A stretch of 61,861 nucleotides of DNA from Eubacteriales bacterium (lineage in GTDB: Bacteria > Bacillota > Clostridia > Oscillospirales > CAG-272): NCBI GenBank assembly GCA_045657105.1, contig JAZOSN010000042.1, positions 1 to 61,861 on the forward strand. Direction: 5' to 3'. The position numbers and the translations under genes were made by a program. The notes beneath the pieces are model-generated. The model worked only from the letters and a program-made list of their open reading frames with translations. It made no database searches and had not been told where the DNA came from. The first letter of the stretch is position 1. Every line of letters begins with the position of its first letter. Positions 7,965-18,377 of this stretch are shown here, piece after piece.

Positions 7965-9689
7965 ATGAACTACAAAGAAAACTACAAGCGATGGCTCGGC
8001 GAAGAGAGCGTTTCAAGCGAGCTCAAAGAGGAGCTTTATGCAATCGAAAACAACGAGGACGAGATCAAATACCGTTTTTCGAGCTATCTTTCTTTCGGCA
8101 CGGCAGGACTGCGCGGCAAAATGCTCGCGGGCACTAACGCGATGAACGTCCACACAGTGGCTCACGCTTCGCAGGGCTTTGCAAATCTTATAAACAGAGA
8201 GGGCGCAGAGGCGGCAAAGCGTGGCGTTGCCATCGCTTACGATAGCCGCAACAACTCGGTGCTCTTCTCAAAGGTCGCCGCAGAGGTGTTTGCCGCAAAT
8301 GGCATCAAGACCTATTTCTTCGAGTCACTAAGACCGACCCCCGTTCTCTCGTTTGCTATACGCCATCTCGGGTGCATCGGCGGCGTAAACGTCACGGCTT
8401 CGCACAACCCGAAGGAATACAACGGCTACAAGGCGTATTGGGAGGACGGCGCCCAGCTTCCGCCCGAGCACGCGAAGATAGTTTCAGCCTCGATAGATGA
8501 AACCGACATTTTCAGTGGCGTAAAGCGTATGGATTTCGACAGTGCTGTAGAGTGCGGACTTATCGAGATAGTCGGAACGGCAATTGACGACGAATATATC
8601 AAAAACGTAACCGCGCAGGCGGTCGATAAGAATGCAGTAAAGGCAGTTGCGGACGATCTGCGCGTTGTTTACACGCCTCTTCACGGAGCAGGATACAGAC
8701 TCGTTCCCGAGGTTCTACGCCTTTGCGGACTCAAACACCTATATACTGTTTATCAGCAGATGGTTCTCGACGGAAATTTCCCGTCGGTAGTATCGCCCAA
8801 CCCCGAGCACCCCGCCGCACTCGAGCTCGGAACCGCTCTTGCGAAAAAGGTGGACAGTGATCTCGTTATCGGTACCGACCCGGATGCCGACCGCGCAGGC
8901 GTTATGGTACGCCGTCACGACGGCTCGTTCGTTCCTATGACCGGCAACCAGATCGGCGCGCTCCTTCTTGAATATATCATCACCGCTTACGAGAATACCG
9001 GCACGATGCCGACTGATCCTTACGCGGTCAAAACCATCGTTACGAGCGAGATCTGCACGAAGATCTGTACAAGTCACAACGTCGGACTTTTCAACGTTCT
9101 TACCGGATTTAAGTTTATCGGCGAGGTCATCAAGAATCACGACGACGTCGGAAACGGACACTATCTGTTTGGATTTGAAGAAAGCTACGGCTATCTCAAA
9201 GGAACCTATGCGCGTGACAAGGATAGCGTAGTTGCCGTAATGCTTATCGTTGAGATGGCGGCTTACTACAAGGCAAAGGGAATGTCGCTCTACGACGCTC
9301 TGCTTGCTATGTACGAAAAATACGGCTATTACAACGAAAAAACCGTCAACCTCGTATTCGACGGATTTGACGCCACCGAGCGTATGTCCGCATTTATGAA
9401 GAAGATCCGCTCGACGACTCCCGCAGAGATCGGCGGCAAAAAGGTGCTCGCAGTACGCGATTATCTTGCCGAAACGGTCACCGAGGTCGCCACGGGCAAG
9501 GTCACGGGCACCGGACTTCCCGCCTCGGATGTCGTATACTACGAGCTTGAGGACAACAACGTGGTCGTTATCCGTCCCTCGGGCACCGAGCCGAAGATCA
9601 AGCTCTATTTCCTGCTCAACGGCAGCTCGGCAGACGAGTGCTCCGCACTTATGGAAGCCTGCGCTGAAAGCGTCGAGCACTGGAAGTAA
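7965..9689 (+). CDS. pgm: Phosphoglucomutase/phosphomannomutase
   Basis: FGTAGLRG, TASHNP, DPDADR, FEESYG, RPSGTEPKIK. Confidence 0.93.
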   Translation: MNYKENYKRWLGEESVSSELKEELYAIENNEDEIKYRFSSYLSFGTAGLRGKMLAGTNAMNVHTVAHASQGFANLINREGAEAAKRGVAIAYDSRNNSVLFSKVAAEVFAANGIKTYFFESLRPTPVLSFAIRHLGCIGGVNVTASHNPKEYNGYKAYWEDGAQLPPEHAKIVSASIDETDIFSGVKRMDFDSAVECGLIEIVGTAIDDEYIKNVTAQAVDKNAVKAVADDLRVVYTPLHGAGYRLVPEVLRLCGLKHLYTVYQQMVLDGNFPSVVSPNPEHPAALELGTALAKKVDSDLVIGTDPDADRAGVMVRRHDGSFVPMTGNQIGALLLEYIITAYENTGTMPTDPYAVKTIVTSEICTKICTSHNVGLFNVLTGFKFIGEVIKNHDDVGNGHYLFGFEESYGYLKGTYARDKDSVVAVMLIVEMAAYYKAKGMSLYDALLAMYEKYGYYNEKTVNLVFDGFDATERMSAFMKKIRSTTPAEIGGKKVLAVRDYLAETVTEVATGKVTGTGLPASDVVYYELEDNNVVVIRPSGTEPKIKLYFLLNGSSADECSALMEACAESVEHWK

Positions 9690-9705
9690 TATGAAATATT
9701 AAAAA

Positions 9706-9734
9706 CGAAACGGAAGCGAGCGCTTCCGTTTTTT
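9706..9734 (+). terminator. Intrinsic terminator
   Basis: AAACGGAAGCG-AG-CGCTTCCGTTT followed by a T run. Confidence 0.8.
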
Positions 9735-9769
9735 GTGCCATAATTATATTAAAAGATACTATAAATACA

Positions 9770-9798
9770 TTGACACCTTTCTTTTATTATGTTATAAT
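9770..9798 (+). promoter_or_regulatory. sigma-A promoter
   Basis: TTGACA-17bp-TATAAT with TG extension. Confidence 0.8.
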
Positions 9799-9838
9799 AT
9801 GGCAAACGACGGCGTTGCCGCAAAAAAGGAGAAAAATT

Positions 9839-11815
9839 ATGCGACTTTCAGAAAGAGATTTTTTCTTAAACAAGCTTGATACGTCGATAAGCGAGCTCGC
9901 AGACGCCGCGCGTCTTTACGAGAGCGGTGATATTGACGGTGCTCGCAAGACCTTTGCAGACTATATGAAATCGGTGCTTCGTCCCGAAAAAAGATATCAG
10001 ATCGCAGAAGCGTTCGTGGACGGCAGAGGCGATTTCAGCGAGGAAGAATGGACCGAAATGATCCTTGAAGGCTATGTTTATCCCGTAGATTACCTTTACA
10101 AATTTCCCGAAGGCAAGATAATCTGGAACTATAACGCTATGCCCAACGGCTACGTCGAATGGGTTTTCCACCTGCAATATCACACCGAGGTTCTCTATCT
10201 AGAACGCGCATACCGCAGGACCGGAGATGAAAAGTACGCAAAGAGAGCTGTGGAGATGATAGAATCGTGGATCGACCAAGTCGAGCGCCCCGAAAGACAC
10301 GGGCAGGCGACCTACCGCACTCTTGAAACGGGCGGAAGATTGTCAAATGCTTGGCCTTACTTTATTCACGCGTTTTCAAATTCGCCTGCTGTTTCGGACG
10401 AGCTTTGGGTCAAGATATTTATTTCGATCTGGGAGCAGTCAGATTGGCTCTATCTCAGCCGTTCAAACAGAAACTGGCTTATCCACGAGCTTTACGGACT
10501 TATCTCTTCGTGTGTTTATTTTCCCTTCTACAAGGATACCCCTATCTGGCAGGAGCACGCTCTTAAAACACTCATAGACGAGCTCCACGTTCAGATCTAT
10601 CCCGACGGAGTTGCGACCGACCGCTCGTTCACATATCAGCGAGCTATGGTGAGCCAGTACTGCGATATTATAAAGCTTCTCGGTCTTTACGGCAAAAATA
10701 TTCCGTCTGAGCTTGTTAACGGGCTCTACAAGGAATTTGCTATGTACTGCCATATGTCAAAGCCCGACCTTACGCTTGCCGAGCCCAACGACTGTCACCC
10801 TATGTCGTCGCCTCCTATGGCAAAGCTCGGTCTCACACTCTTTCCCGACGACGAAACGCTCAAATATTTTGCAAGCGAGAGAAGCGAAGGAAAAGCTCCC
10901 GACAAGACTATGCAGGTCTTTCCGTATTCCGGCTTTGCGACACTTCGCTCCGATTGGTCAAAGGACGGTATGTGGCTATTTTTCGACTGTGCCGCTCCCG
11001 ACTACAACTCAGGTTGGCACGTTCACGAAAGCTGTCTGAATATTCAGCTATACGCCTACGGAACCGATATGCTGATCGACCCCGGATTTTTCCATTACGA
11101 TACCTCGAAAATGAGAGAATATACTCTCGCCACGAGATCGCACAACTGCGGACTCGTTGACGGTATGGGTCAACTTTGCTTTGCTAAAAACGACGTTTAC
11201 GGCTTCATCGACACCTCGAAAAAGGGACGTCTCTCGCACAGCTCGTCACACGAGCTTGACATTGTCAGCGCATACTACGATTTCGGTTACGGAAAAGATT
11301 TCCGCGCGGACAAATGGAAAAAAGGTCAGATAAGAGACGCTTCGGGTGATGCATACGCAAAGCACACGAGAAAGATCGTTTTCGTCAAGAAGGGGCTCGG
11401 AGATGCAAAGCCGTTCTTCGTTATGCTTGACACCTTTGACACGATGGACGACAAAGAGCATCTTTACGAGATAAGCTTCCAGCTCGACGAGGTAAAAGCC
11501 GAGCCGAGCGCAAACGCCGTCAAGGTGACATATGCAAACGACGCAACTCTCTCGCTGATCTCCACCATCTCTCCCAAGATAATTCTCGGTCAGACAGAGC
11601 CCGAGCTCGCAGGCTGGAAGCCCGAGCTTGATCATCACAAGGACCATCGTCCCGCACCGCTTGTCAGCTTTGAGCAGAGCGGAAAGAGCGCGCTTTTCGC
11701 GACAGTTCTCTACCCTTCGCCAAGCGCCGAAACGCCGAGCATCGCGATCGACTCGTTTGATAAAAACAAGATCGTGCTTATCATAAACGGCGAAAAGCAC
11801 ACGGTTGAATTTTAA
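9839..11815 (+). CDS. Heparinase II/III family polysaccharide lyase-like protein, no signal peptide
   Basis: AYRRTGDEKYA, NWLIHE, QIYPDG, SGFATLRSDW, DPGFFHY, TRSHN; ATG after AAGGAG. Confidence 0.8.
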   Translation: MRLSERDFFLNKLDTSISELADAARLYESGDIDGARKTFADYMKSVLRPEKRYQIAEAFVDGRGDFSEEEWTEMILEGYVYPVDYLYKFPEGKIIWNYNAMPNGYVEWVFHLQYHTEVLYLERAYRRTGDEKYAKRAVEMIESWIDQVERPERHGQATYRTLETGGRLSNAWPYFIHAFSNSPAVSDELWVKIFISIWEQSDWLYLSRSNRNWLIHELYGLISSCVYFPFYKDTPIWQEHALKTLIDELHVQIYPDGVATDRSFTYQRAMVSQYCDIIKLLGLYGKNIPSELVNGLYKEFAMYCHMSKPDLTLAEPNDCHPMSSPPMAKLGLTLFPDDETLKYFASERSEGKAPDKTMQVFPYSGFATLRSDWSKDGMWLFFDCAAPDYNSGWHVHESCLNIQLYAYGTDMLIDPGFFHYDTSKMREYTLATRSHNCGLVDGMGQLCFAKNDVYGFIDTSKKGRLSHSSSHELDIVSAYYDFGYGKDFRADKWKKGQIRDASGDAYAKHTRKIVFVKKGLGDAKPFFVMLDTFDTMDDKEHLYEISFQLDEVKAEPSANAVKVTYANDATLSLISTISPKIILGQTEPELAGWKPELDHHKDHRPAPLVSFEQSGKSALFATVLYPSPSAETPSIAIDSFDKNKIVLIINGEKHTVEF

Positions 11816-11822
11816 AAAACAA

Positions 11823-11855
11823 ACACCGCAAGGAAATTCCTTGCGGTGTCGTTTT
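11823..11855. terminator. Bidirectional terminator between convergent genes
   Basis: ACACCGCAAGGA-AAT-TCCTTGCGGTGT. Confidence 0.8.
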
Positions 11856-11868
11856 ATAAATTCGAGAA

Positions 11869-12990
11869 TTAAAGCGTAACCTTTCCGTCTGCGACGGCGC
11901 GGTCAACGTACGCGTGGATCTTATTGACAGGGTTAAGTATCGAGCTTATCGATTCGTCGTGGTTGAGCGTGTCGATAAGGAGCGAAACGTACTTGCACAT
12001 ATTTACCTCGCGGTACCAGGGCTTTGCTTTGAGCTCGTCCGAACGGTATATGAGGTTAGTGGTGAAAATACGCGCGATGTCGCCGTTTGCGAACGCCTTA
12101 TCTAAGTTTTCGTATCCGTTGCAGAAAAGCCCGAAGGTTGCGAAAACGAATATTCTCTTCGCGCCCATCTTTTTGAGATGTTTGGCAACCTCGATTATCG
12201 AGTCGCCCGAGGAGATCATATCGTCAACGACGATGATGTCCTTGCCTGCAACGTCGCGTCCGAGATACTCGTGAGCAACGATCGGGTTTCTTCCGTTGAC
12301 TATCTTCGTATAGTCACGGCGCTTATAGAACATTCCGAGATCGAGTTTAAGAACCGAGGAATAGTACATAGCTCTGTTCATTCCACCCTCGTCGGGAGAT
12401 ACGACTGCGATGTCGTTCTCGTTGAGAGAAAGTCCTTCGCTATCCTTGATGAACGCCTTTATCATCTGATAGGTCGGGCGAATATCGTCAAATCCGCAGA
12501 GCGGAATTGCATTCTGAACTCGGGGATCGTGCGCGTCAAAGGTAAGAATATTGGTAACGCCCATATTTACAAGCTCTTGAAGTGCCATGGCGCAGTCGAG
12601 CGACTCTCTCGAAGAGCGCTTGTGCTGTCTACCCTCATAGAGCATCGGCATAATTACAGAAATTCTCTTTGCCTTACCTGCAATACTTCCGATAACTCTT
12701 TTGAGATCCTGAAAATGATCGTCAGGGCTCATCGGAACGGTTTGTCCGTACATTGTATACGTTGCACCGTAATTGAAAACGTCGCAGATGATGAACACGT
12801 CGTGTCCTCTGAGCGACTGATGGAGCGCGCCCTTTCCTTCTCCGCTTCCGAAGCGAGGGCAGTCGGCGTCAACTATAAAGCTGTTTGCCGAGCTTCTCCA
12901 ACCCATAAGATAATCGTCAACCTGTTTTGCAAAATCCTCTCCGCCGCGCATGGTTATAACGCTGAGCTGTCCGTACAGTTCGTTTGCCAT
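11869..12990 (-). CDS. prs: Ribose-phosphate pyrophosphokinase
   Basis: RFGSGEGK, FDAHDPRVQ, VSPDEGG, VDDMISSG PRT motif; ATG after GGAGG. Confidence 0.93.
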   Translation of the reverse strand: MANELYGQLSVITMRGGEDFAKQVDDYLMGWRSSANSFIVDADCPRFGSGEGKGALHQSLRGHDVFIICDVFNYGATYTMYGQTVPMSPDDHFQDLKRVIGSIAGKAKRISVIMPMLYEGRQHKRSSRESLDCAMALQELVNMGVTNILTFDAHDPRVQNAIPLCGFDDIRPTYQMIKAFIKDSEGLSLNENDIAVVSPDEGGMNRAMYYSSVLKLDLGMFYKRRDYTKIVNGRNPIVAHEYLGRDVAGKDIIVVDDMISSGDSIIEVAKHLKKMGAKRIFVFATFGLFCNGYENLDKAFANGDIARIFTTNLIYRSDELKAKPWYREVNMCKYVSLLIDTLNHDESISSILNPVNKIHAYVDRAVADGKVTL

Positions 12991-13245
12991 AAATCCTCCG
13001 AAAATTTTATTTTTGCATTTGTAAGGATATTCTATCATATTTTTTTGCATTTGTGAACACGTTTAGGCAAAAAATTTTATTTTTCTACAAATTTGTATCT
13101 TCCGCGCAAGGGGTAGTCGTTTTTATATTCAAATTGTCCAAATATAGTTTCATTTTTCAACCGAAGAAAACTTTTTTCGCGCGAATATAGACTTTTATCT
13201 CGGTTTATGATACAATAAGACAGCACTACTGAAAGGAGCTTTTAT

Positions 13246-14190
13246 ATGAAAATAGTTATTACCGACCGCGCGACGCTTGGCGACGGTGTCGATCTCTCGG
13301 TCTTTGAACGCTTCGGAGAGCTTACGGTCTACCCCTCGACTGCAAAGGAAGAGCTTAGTGACCGCATACGCGAAGCAGATATTCTGATATGCAACAAAAC
13401 GCTTGTCGGGAAGGAAGCCCTCGACAGAGCCAAAAACCTCAAAGCGATACTTCTTTTTGCAACGGGCTACAACAATGTAGACATCAATCGCGCGGCAGAG
13501 CTCGGCATCGCCGTCTGCAACGCCGGGCAGTATTCGACCTACGCGGTAGCTCAACACACCTTCGCTCTGATTCTCCGTCAGGCGAGCCGCGTCGCCGAAT
13601 ATTCGGATTTCGTTTGCGACGGCGGTTGGATCCGTTCTCCGCTCTTTTCGGCGTTTGAATTTCCCACACACGAGCTTTACGGCAAGACGCTCGGAATTGT
13701 CGGTTACGGGAGCATCGGGCGTACAGTCGCGGACGTTGCACTTGCTTTTGGAATGAAGGTCGCAGTCCACACGCGCACTCCGAAGGAGGACTCGCGCGTA
13801 AGCTTTATGTCCTTTGACGAGCTTCTGAGCAGTTCCGATTATATTTCAGTTCACTGCCCGCTCACCGAAAAGACTGCAAAAATGTTTAACGCCGAGGCGT
13901 TTAAAAAATGCCGCGACGGCGCGTTTTTCGTGAACACCTCGCGCGGCGGCGTGGTAGACGAGGACGCTCTTGCCGAGGCACTTAGTAGCGGAAAGCTCTC
14001 GGGAGCGGCGCTCGACGTTCTTTCGACCGAGCCGATGTCAAAGGACTGTCCTCTGATCGGCGCGAAAAATCTCACGCTCACTCCGCACACGGCTTGGATA
14101 CCCGTAGAAACGAGAGAGCGCCTTATCGGGATCGTAGCGTCAAATCTCGAAGCCTTCCTTTCGGGCAAGCCAACCAACAAGGTCAACTGA
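13246..14190 (+). CDS. D-2-hydroxyacid (glycerate-type) dehydrogenase
   Basis: ATGYNNVD, GIVGYGSIG, HCPLT, NTSRGG, LDVLSTEP, TPHTAW. Confidence 0.92.
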   Translation: MKIVITDRATLGDGVDLSVFERFGELTVYPSTAKEELSDRIREADILICNKTLVGKEALDRAKNLKAILLFATGYNNVDINRAAELGIAVCNAGQYSTYAVAQHTFALILRQASRVAEYSDFVCDGGWIRSPLFSAFEFPTHELYGKTLGIVGYGSIGRTVADVALAFGMKVAVHTRTPKEDSRVSFMSFDELLSSSDYISVHCPLTEKTAKMFNAEAFKKCRDGAFFVNTSRGGVVDEDALAEALSSGKLSGAALDVLSTEPMSKDCPLIGAKNLTLTPHTAWIPVETRERLIGIVASNLEAFLSGKPTNKVN

Positions 14191-14204
14191 TCATTTAAAG
14201 TTAA

Positions 14205-14236
14205 AAACTGCAAGAGCATCTGCTCTTGCAGTTTTC
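14205..14236. terminator. Bidirectional terminator
   Basis: AAAACTGCAAGAGCA-TC-TGCTCTTGCAGTTTT. Confidence 0.8.
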
Positions 14237-14268
14237 TTCATTATAATATTATAAATCCCAGATTACTT

Positions 14269-17028
14269 TTACGCGTCTGCGTTTTCGCCGCCTGCGGGAG
14301 TGTTCTCGGGGTTTTCGGGATCGGCAGGCTCGTCGGGATTTTCGGGAGCCTCGGGATCAACCGGGGTTTCGGGAAGCTCGGGCTCGGGAGTGTGATCGGG
14401 AACGTTCGGCGAATAGGTCCAACCGAGAGTAGCGGCTACCGATGCAACGTACGAATCGCCCGATGCATATACGGTTACGCCAGTGCTATCCTTGATAACG
14501 TCGGTACCTATAACGAGCTCACCTGCGATCGCGCCCTGCTCGGCGTCCTCGGGGAGAGTATATCCGGTATCCTCAAAGATAAGCTCTTTGAGGGCGGTGC
14601 AGCCTGCGAATGCCTCGTTTCCAATGGTCGTGAGCCACTTAGGAAGAATTATAACCTCAACGGTCGCGTTATTCTTGAACGCGCCGTCCGCGATCTCCAC
14701 AACGTAAAGATCTCCGATAGCGAGGGTTTCGGGAACGACCACGATAGTAGCGTTTCCTTTATAGGAGAGGATCTTAACCGCTTCCTTGGTGATCGGGACG
14801 ATCGTTTCTTCTCCGGTTTCCTCGTTTACAACCGTTTCCTGACCGACTACGATTCCATCCGGAATTATCTCGTACTCATAATCAGAGAATTCCTGATCGG
14901 CAATAGCGTTTACTCTTCCGAGCGCAACGACCTTGATATTCTTTCCGTACATATCAACGTACGCCTTGGCGTAGGTTTCAAGTCCGGTTCCGAGGTAGCC
15001 GTAAACGGTGAAGTTTTCGTTGATGAGAGGCTTGGAAATTACGCCTTCGATCTCTTCAAGATTTTCGATAAATCCGATAGCGTAGCCCGAAATGGAGCTT
15101 ACGTTCTTTCCAAGACGAAGCTCAGTGAGGCTAAGGCAGTTGAAGAACGCGCCGCGCTCTATGGTAGTAACGTTATCGGTGATATTTACGGTAGTAAGAG
15201 CCGTGCAGTTTCTGAACGCTTCGCTTCCGATAACGGTGATAGTGTCAGAAAGAATTACCTCTTCAAGTGCAGTGCAGTTCATAAACGCACCCGCGCAAAG
15301 CTCGTTTACGTTTGCGAGAACGGTTGCCTTTTTAAGAGATGTGCAACCGTCGAACATACCCGACATAAGCGCACCCATGTTGTTTACACTCATATTGGTA
15401 CAGCTTGCGGGTATCGTGACCTCGACAAGCGAAGTGCAGTTTGAGAAAGCGCACATACCGAGCGTTTCAATGCTTGTGCTTGCAAGATTTATGTTTTTGA
15501 GCGCAGAGCAGTTTCTGAACGCGTAGTTGTTTATGTTTTTAAGCGTTGTGGGCAAAACGATCGTTTCGAGAGATGCGCAGTTATCGAACGCGTACTTTCC
15601 AATATCGGCAACACCTGCGGAAAGCACAATGTTTTTGAGCGCGGTACAACCCGAAAAGATTCCTTCGGGAATAGCCTTCGCGCTTGATTTCAGTGTGACG
15701 CTTTCAAGACTCTCGCAATTCTGGAACATATAGTTGCCGAGCGAGGTGACCGAAGCAGGAATCGTAATCTCAACGAACGCAGTGCCTGCGAACGCCTTAT
15801 TTCCGATCTTGGTGATGTTTCCGCCAAGAGTGATGCTTGTAAGCTTATCACAGTCGATGAACGCCATATCGGGGATCTCGGTAACGAGTGCAGGAATTGC
15901 GAAAGACTTTATTTCAAGTGCTCCGAACGCTCCGCTTCCGATAGTTTTTACACTTGCGGGAAGCGCAAGCTCTTTAATAGCCGTACAGCCGTAGAACGCG
16001 TAGCTTCCGACAGATTCTACCGCATTTCCGAGCAATGCGCTCTCTGCGGATACACAGTTATAGAAAGCGTAGTTTCCGATAGCGGTGACCGCATCGGGAA
16101 GCAGGATCTCTTCAAGCGCCTTGCAACCGTAGAACGCCTTTGCGCCTACCGTAGCAACGCCTGCGGGAATTTCAACGTTTTTAAGATTATAGCAACAGAA
16201 GAAAGCCTCATCGCCAATATTTACAAGAGAATCTGCAAGAGTAACGCTGTTAAGGTTCTCGCAGGAAGCAAACATACCGTTTGCAAGTGCGGTAACTCCT
16301 TCGTCGAAGGTAACCGATGTAAGCTTATCGCAGGCTCTGTAAACGTAGTCGCCGTAGGTTATATGGCTCTCAACGTTTACGCTCTCGACTGCGGTGAATG
16401 CAAAAGCGTTATTTCCGACAGAAACAAGTCCCTCGGGGAAGTTAACACTTTTAAGAGAAGCACTGCTTCTGAAAGCGTCGCTTCCGATAGCAATTATACT
16501 GTCGGGGAGCTTGATCTCGGACGCGTTTGCCTTATAGAACGCCGCGTTTCCGACAACCTTTACGATAGCGGTTTCATAGATCGCCGCCGCATCGTCCTTA
16601 GCGCAGTCCTCGCAGTCATCGTCACCTTCGTCAAGTGCGACCGGAGATGCGCCTTCGCCGTTCTCGTCAGAGCCGCCCTCTTCGGGAGCTTCTTCGTCCT
16701 CGCTCAGCTCGGGCATAATGTACTCAACCGTTCCGGGGATCTCGATCACGTCCTTGTTGCAGTTACAGTTGTAAACGACTGCACCGTTTTCGTAGATGTA
16801 ATACTCTATACTCCTAACGGTAACGCTGGTGATAAACTTTCCGAGTCCGTAATCCGCAGGATTTGCGGGAGTTTCCTTTTCCGGATCTGCAACGATGCCG
16901 TCGGTATCGCCTTCAAGATCAGACGGATCGTCGGGAAGGTTATCGTCCGGCGTATCGTCTTCCTTCTTGCAAGCGAAGAGAGAAAGAGTCAAAACCAGAA
17001 CAAGTAAAATTGCGATTAGTTTCTTCAT
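14269..17028 (-). CDS. BspA-like leucine-rich repeat (LRR_5) lipoprotein
   Basis: Lipobox LFAC; about 20 IGxxAFxxCxxLxxxxLP repeats; acidic insert and Pro/Glu-rich C-terminal tail. Confidence 0.9.
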   Translation of the reverse strand: MKKLIAILLVLVLTLSLFACKKEDDTPDDNLPDDPSDLEGDTDGIVADPEKETPANPADYGLGKFITSVTVRSIEYYIYENGAVVYNCNCNKDVIEIPGTVEYIMPELSEDEEAPEEGGSDENGEGASPVALDEGDDDCEDCAKDDAAAIYETAIVKVVGNAAFYKANASEIKLPDSIIAIGSDAFRSSASLKSVNFPEGLVSVGNNAFAFTAVESVNVESHITYGDYVYRACDKLTSVTFDEGVTALANGMFASCENLNSVTLADSLVNIGDEAFFCCYNLKNVEIPAGVATVGAKAFYGCKALEEILLPDAVTAIGNYAFYNCVSAESALLGNAVESVGSYAFYGCTAIKELALPASVKTIGSGAFGALEIKSFAIPALVTEIPDMAFIDCDKLTSITLGGNITKIGNKAFAGTAFVEITIPASVTSLGNYMFQNCESLESVTLKSSAKAIPEGIFSGCTALKNIVLSAGVADIGKYAFDNCASLETIVLPTTLKNINNYAFRNCSALKNINLASTSIETLGMCAFSNCTSLVEVTIPASCTNMSVNNMGALMSGMFDGCTSLKKATVLANVNELCAGAFMNCTALEEVILSDTITVIGSEAFRNCTALTTVNITDNVTTIERGAFFNCLSLTELRLGKNVSSISGYAIGFIENLEEIEGVISKPLINENFTVYGYLGTGLETYAKAYVDMYGKNIKVVALGRVNAIADQEFSDYEYEIIPDGIVVGQETVVNEETGEETIVPITKEAVKILSYKGNATIVVVPETLAIGDLYVVEIADGAFKNNATVEVIILPKWLTTIGNEAFAGCTALKELIFEDTGYTLPEDAEQGAIAGELVIGTDVIKDSTGVTVYASGDSYVASVAATLGWTYSPNVPDHTPEPELPETPVDPEAPENPDEPADPENPENTPAGGENADA

Positions 17029-17171
17029 TGTTTTCACTCCTGTATAAGTAATCATCTTATTATATAACATTTAGCCTCTTATGTCAAGAGAATTTCCCGA
17101 GTTTTTTCGTTAAAACTCTTGACAGAACTGTAACTTTGTTGTATACTCTATATGAAAATTGCATATCTCGA

Positions 17172-17260
17172 ACAGTCAGGGGTGCTGCATAGCGGCTGAG
17201 ACGGTGACACACCGAACCCTTTAACCTGATACGGATAATACCGGCGGAGGGAGATTTGTC
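17172..17260 (+). ncRNA. TPP riboswitch aptamer
   Basis: AGGGGTGC..GCTGAGA..ACCC..AACCTGAT..GGATAATACC..CGGAGGGA consensus; upstream of thiT. Confidence 0.95.
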
Positions 17261-17276
17261 AGAAAATGTATCTCAC

Positions 17277-17306
17277 GTCCGCACGCTATACGCCTGCGGA
17301 CTTTTT
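17277..17306 (+). terminator. Riboswitch expression-platform terminator
   Basis: GTCCGCA...TGCGGAC-TTTTT between aptamer and thiT. Confidence 0.75.
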
Positions 17307-17358
17307 ATATCACACCGACTGACGAGTGGCAAAATAAAATTTTTAGGAGGGAATAGTT

Positions 17359-18162
17359 TTGAAACATTCCGAAAAACTCAAAAAACTCGTCGTTTGCGGT
17401 CTTATGGTTGCCTTGGCGACTGTATTAAGCTTTGCCAAAATCGACTATCCGCACGGAGGCGGTCCTACCATATGCAGCATGGTTCCTATTGTAATCGTGT
17501 CTTTTATGTACGGACCGTCATGGGGTATCTCTACCGCTTTTGTATATAGTGTCTTCCAGCTCATATTCGGGCTTGACAATGTTCAGTATGCAACAAGCAC
17601 GGCAATGGCGCTTCTCATCGTGCTTTTTGATTACATCATCGCGTATACCGTTGTCGGTCTTGCAGGCTTCTTCAGAGATGAAAAGCGCTCCCCGAAAAGA
17701 GTAATTCTCGCGGCTACTACCGTGCTTATTCTCCGCTTTGTGTGCCATTTTATTACAGGCGTTTTCGTTTGGGATGCTCTCTGGCCAAATGAGTTCGAGC
17801 TCTCGAGCGCACTCTACTCTCTGCTCTACAACGGAAGCTATATGCTACCTGAAATCATTATCACCGCAGTAGTTTCTTATATTCTCTGCTCTTCAAAGCA
17901 GTTTAACACGTTCATCTCAAAAAGCAGCAAAGATACACTTAACTCAAAAAGTGACAACAAGTCCGTTCTCGTTATCGGCATAACTCTGATTGCATTACAA
18001 ATCGCGGCTTATGTAGCAAGTGCGTCAATGAAAACCCTTGTGTTTTTTTCAGCAGACGAAACACTATTCAGCAATATTCTTCATGTGTGTTCCTATAATC
18101 TCGTTGGAATCATCGGTATCGTATTTACAGTGTGTGGTGCCGTCATCAAAAAGAAAAAGTAA
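17359..18162 (+). CDS. thiT: ECF thiamine transporter S-component ThiT with C-terminal extension
   Basis: GGxT..SMVP, LFDYIIAY, RFVCHFITG, YSLLYNGSY; TTG start after AGGAGG; under TPP riboswitch. Confidence 0.9.
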   Translation: MKHSEKLKKLVVCGLMVALATVLSFAKIDYPHGGGPTICSMVPIVIVSFMYGPSWGISTAFVYSVFQLIFGLDNVQYATSTAMALLIVLFDYIIAYTVVGLAGFFRDEKRSPKRVILAATTVLILRFVCHFITGVFVWDALWPNEFELSSALYSLLYNGSYMLPEIIITAVVSYILCSSKQFNTFISKSSKDTLNSKSDNKSVLVIGITLIALQIAAYVASASMKTLVFFSADETLFSNILHVCSYNLVGIIGIVFTVCGAVIKKKK

Positions 18163-18195
18163 ATCTTGTAAAAACTCAAACACAGCCGCTTACAG

Positions 18196-18223
18196 ACGCC
18201 GTCCGATCTCGGGCGGCGTTTTT
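18196..18223 (+). terminator. Intrinsic terminator
   Basis: ACGCCGTCCG-ATCT-CGGGCGGCGT followed by T run. Confidence 0.75.
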
Positions 18224-18377
18224 CACGCGCAAAAAGGCAAATTGTCATTTTTTTAACCAAATTACTCCAAAGCCCTTGATTTTTGTGAAAAAATGTATTA
18301 TTATATGGTAGTATAAAAAGTTTATAATGTCCGCCGTGAGAGCCACGGTGGATTTAAGGAACAAGGAAGGCAAAAAT

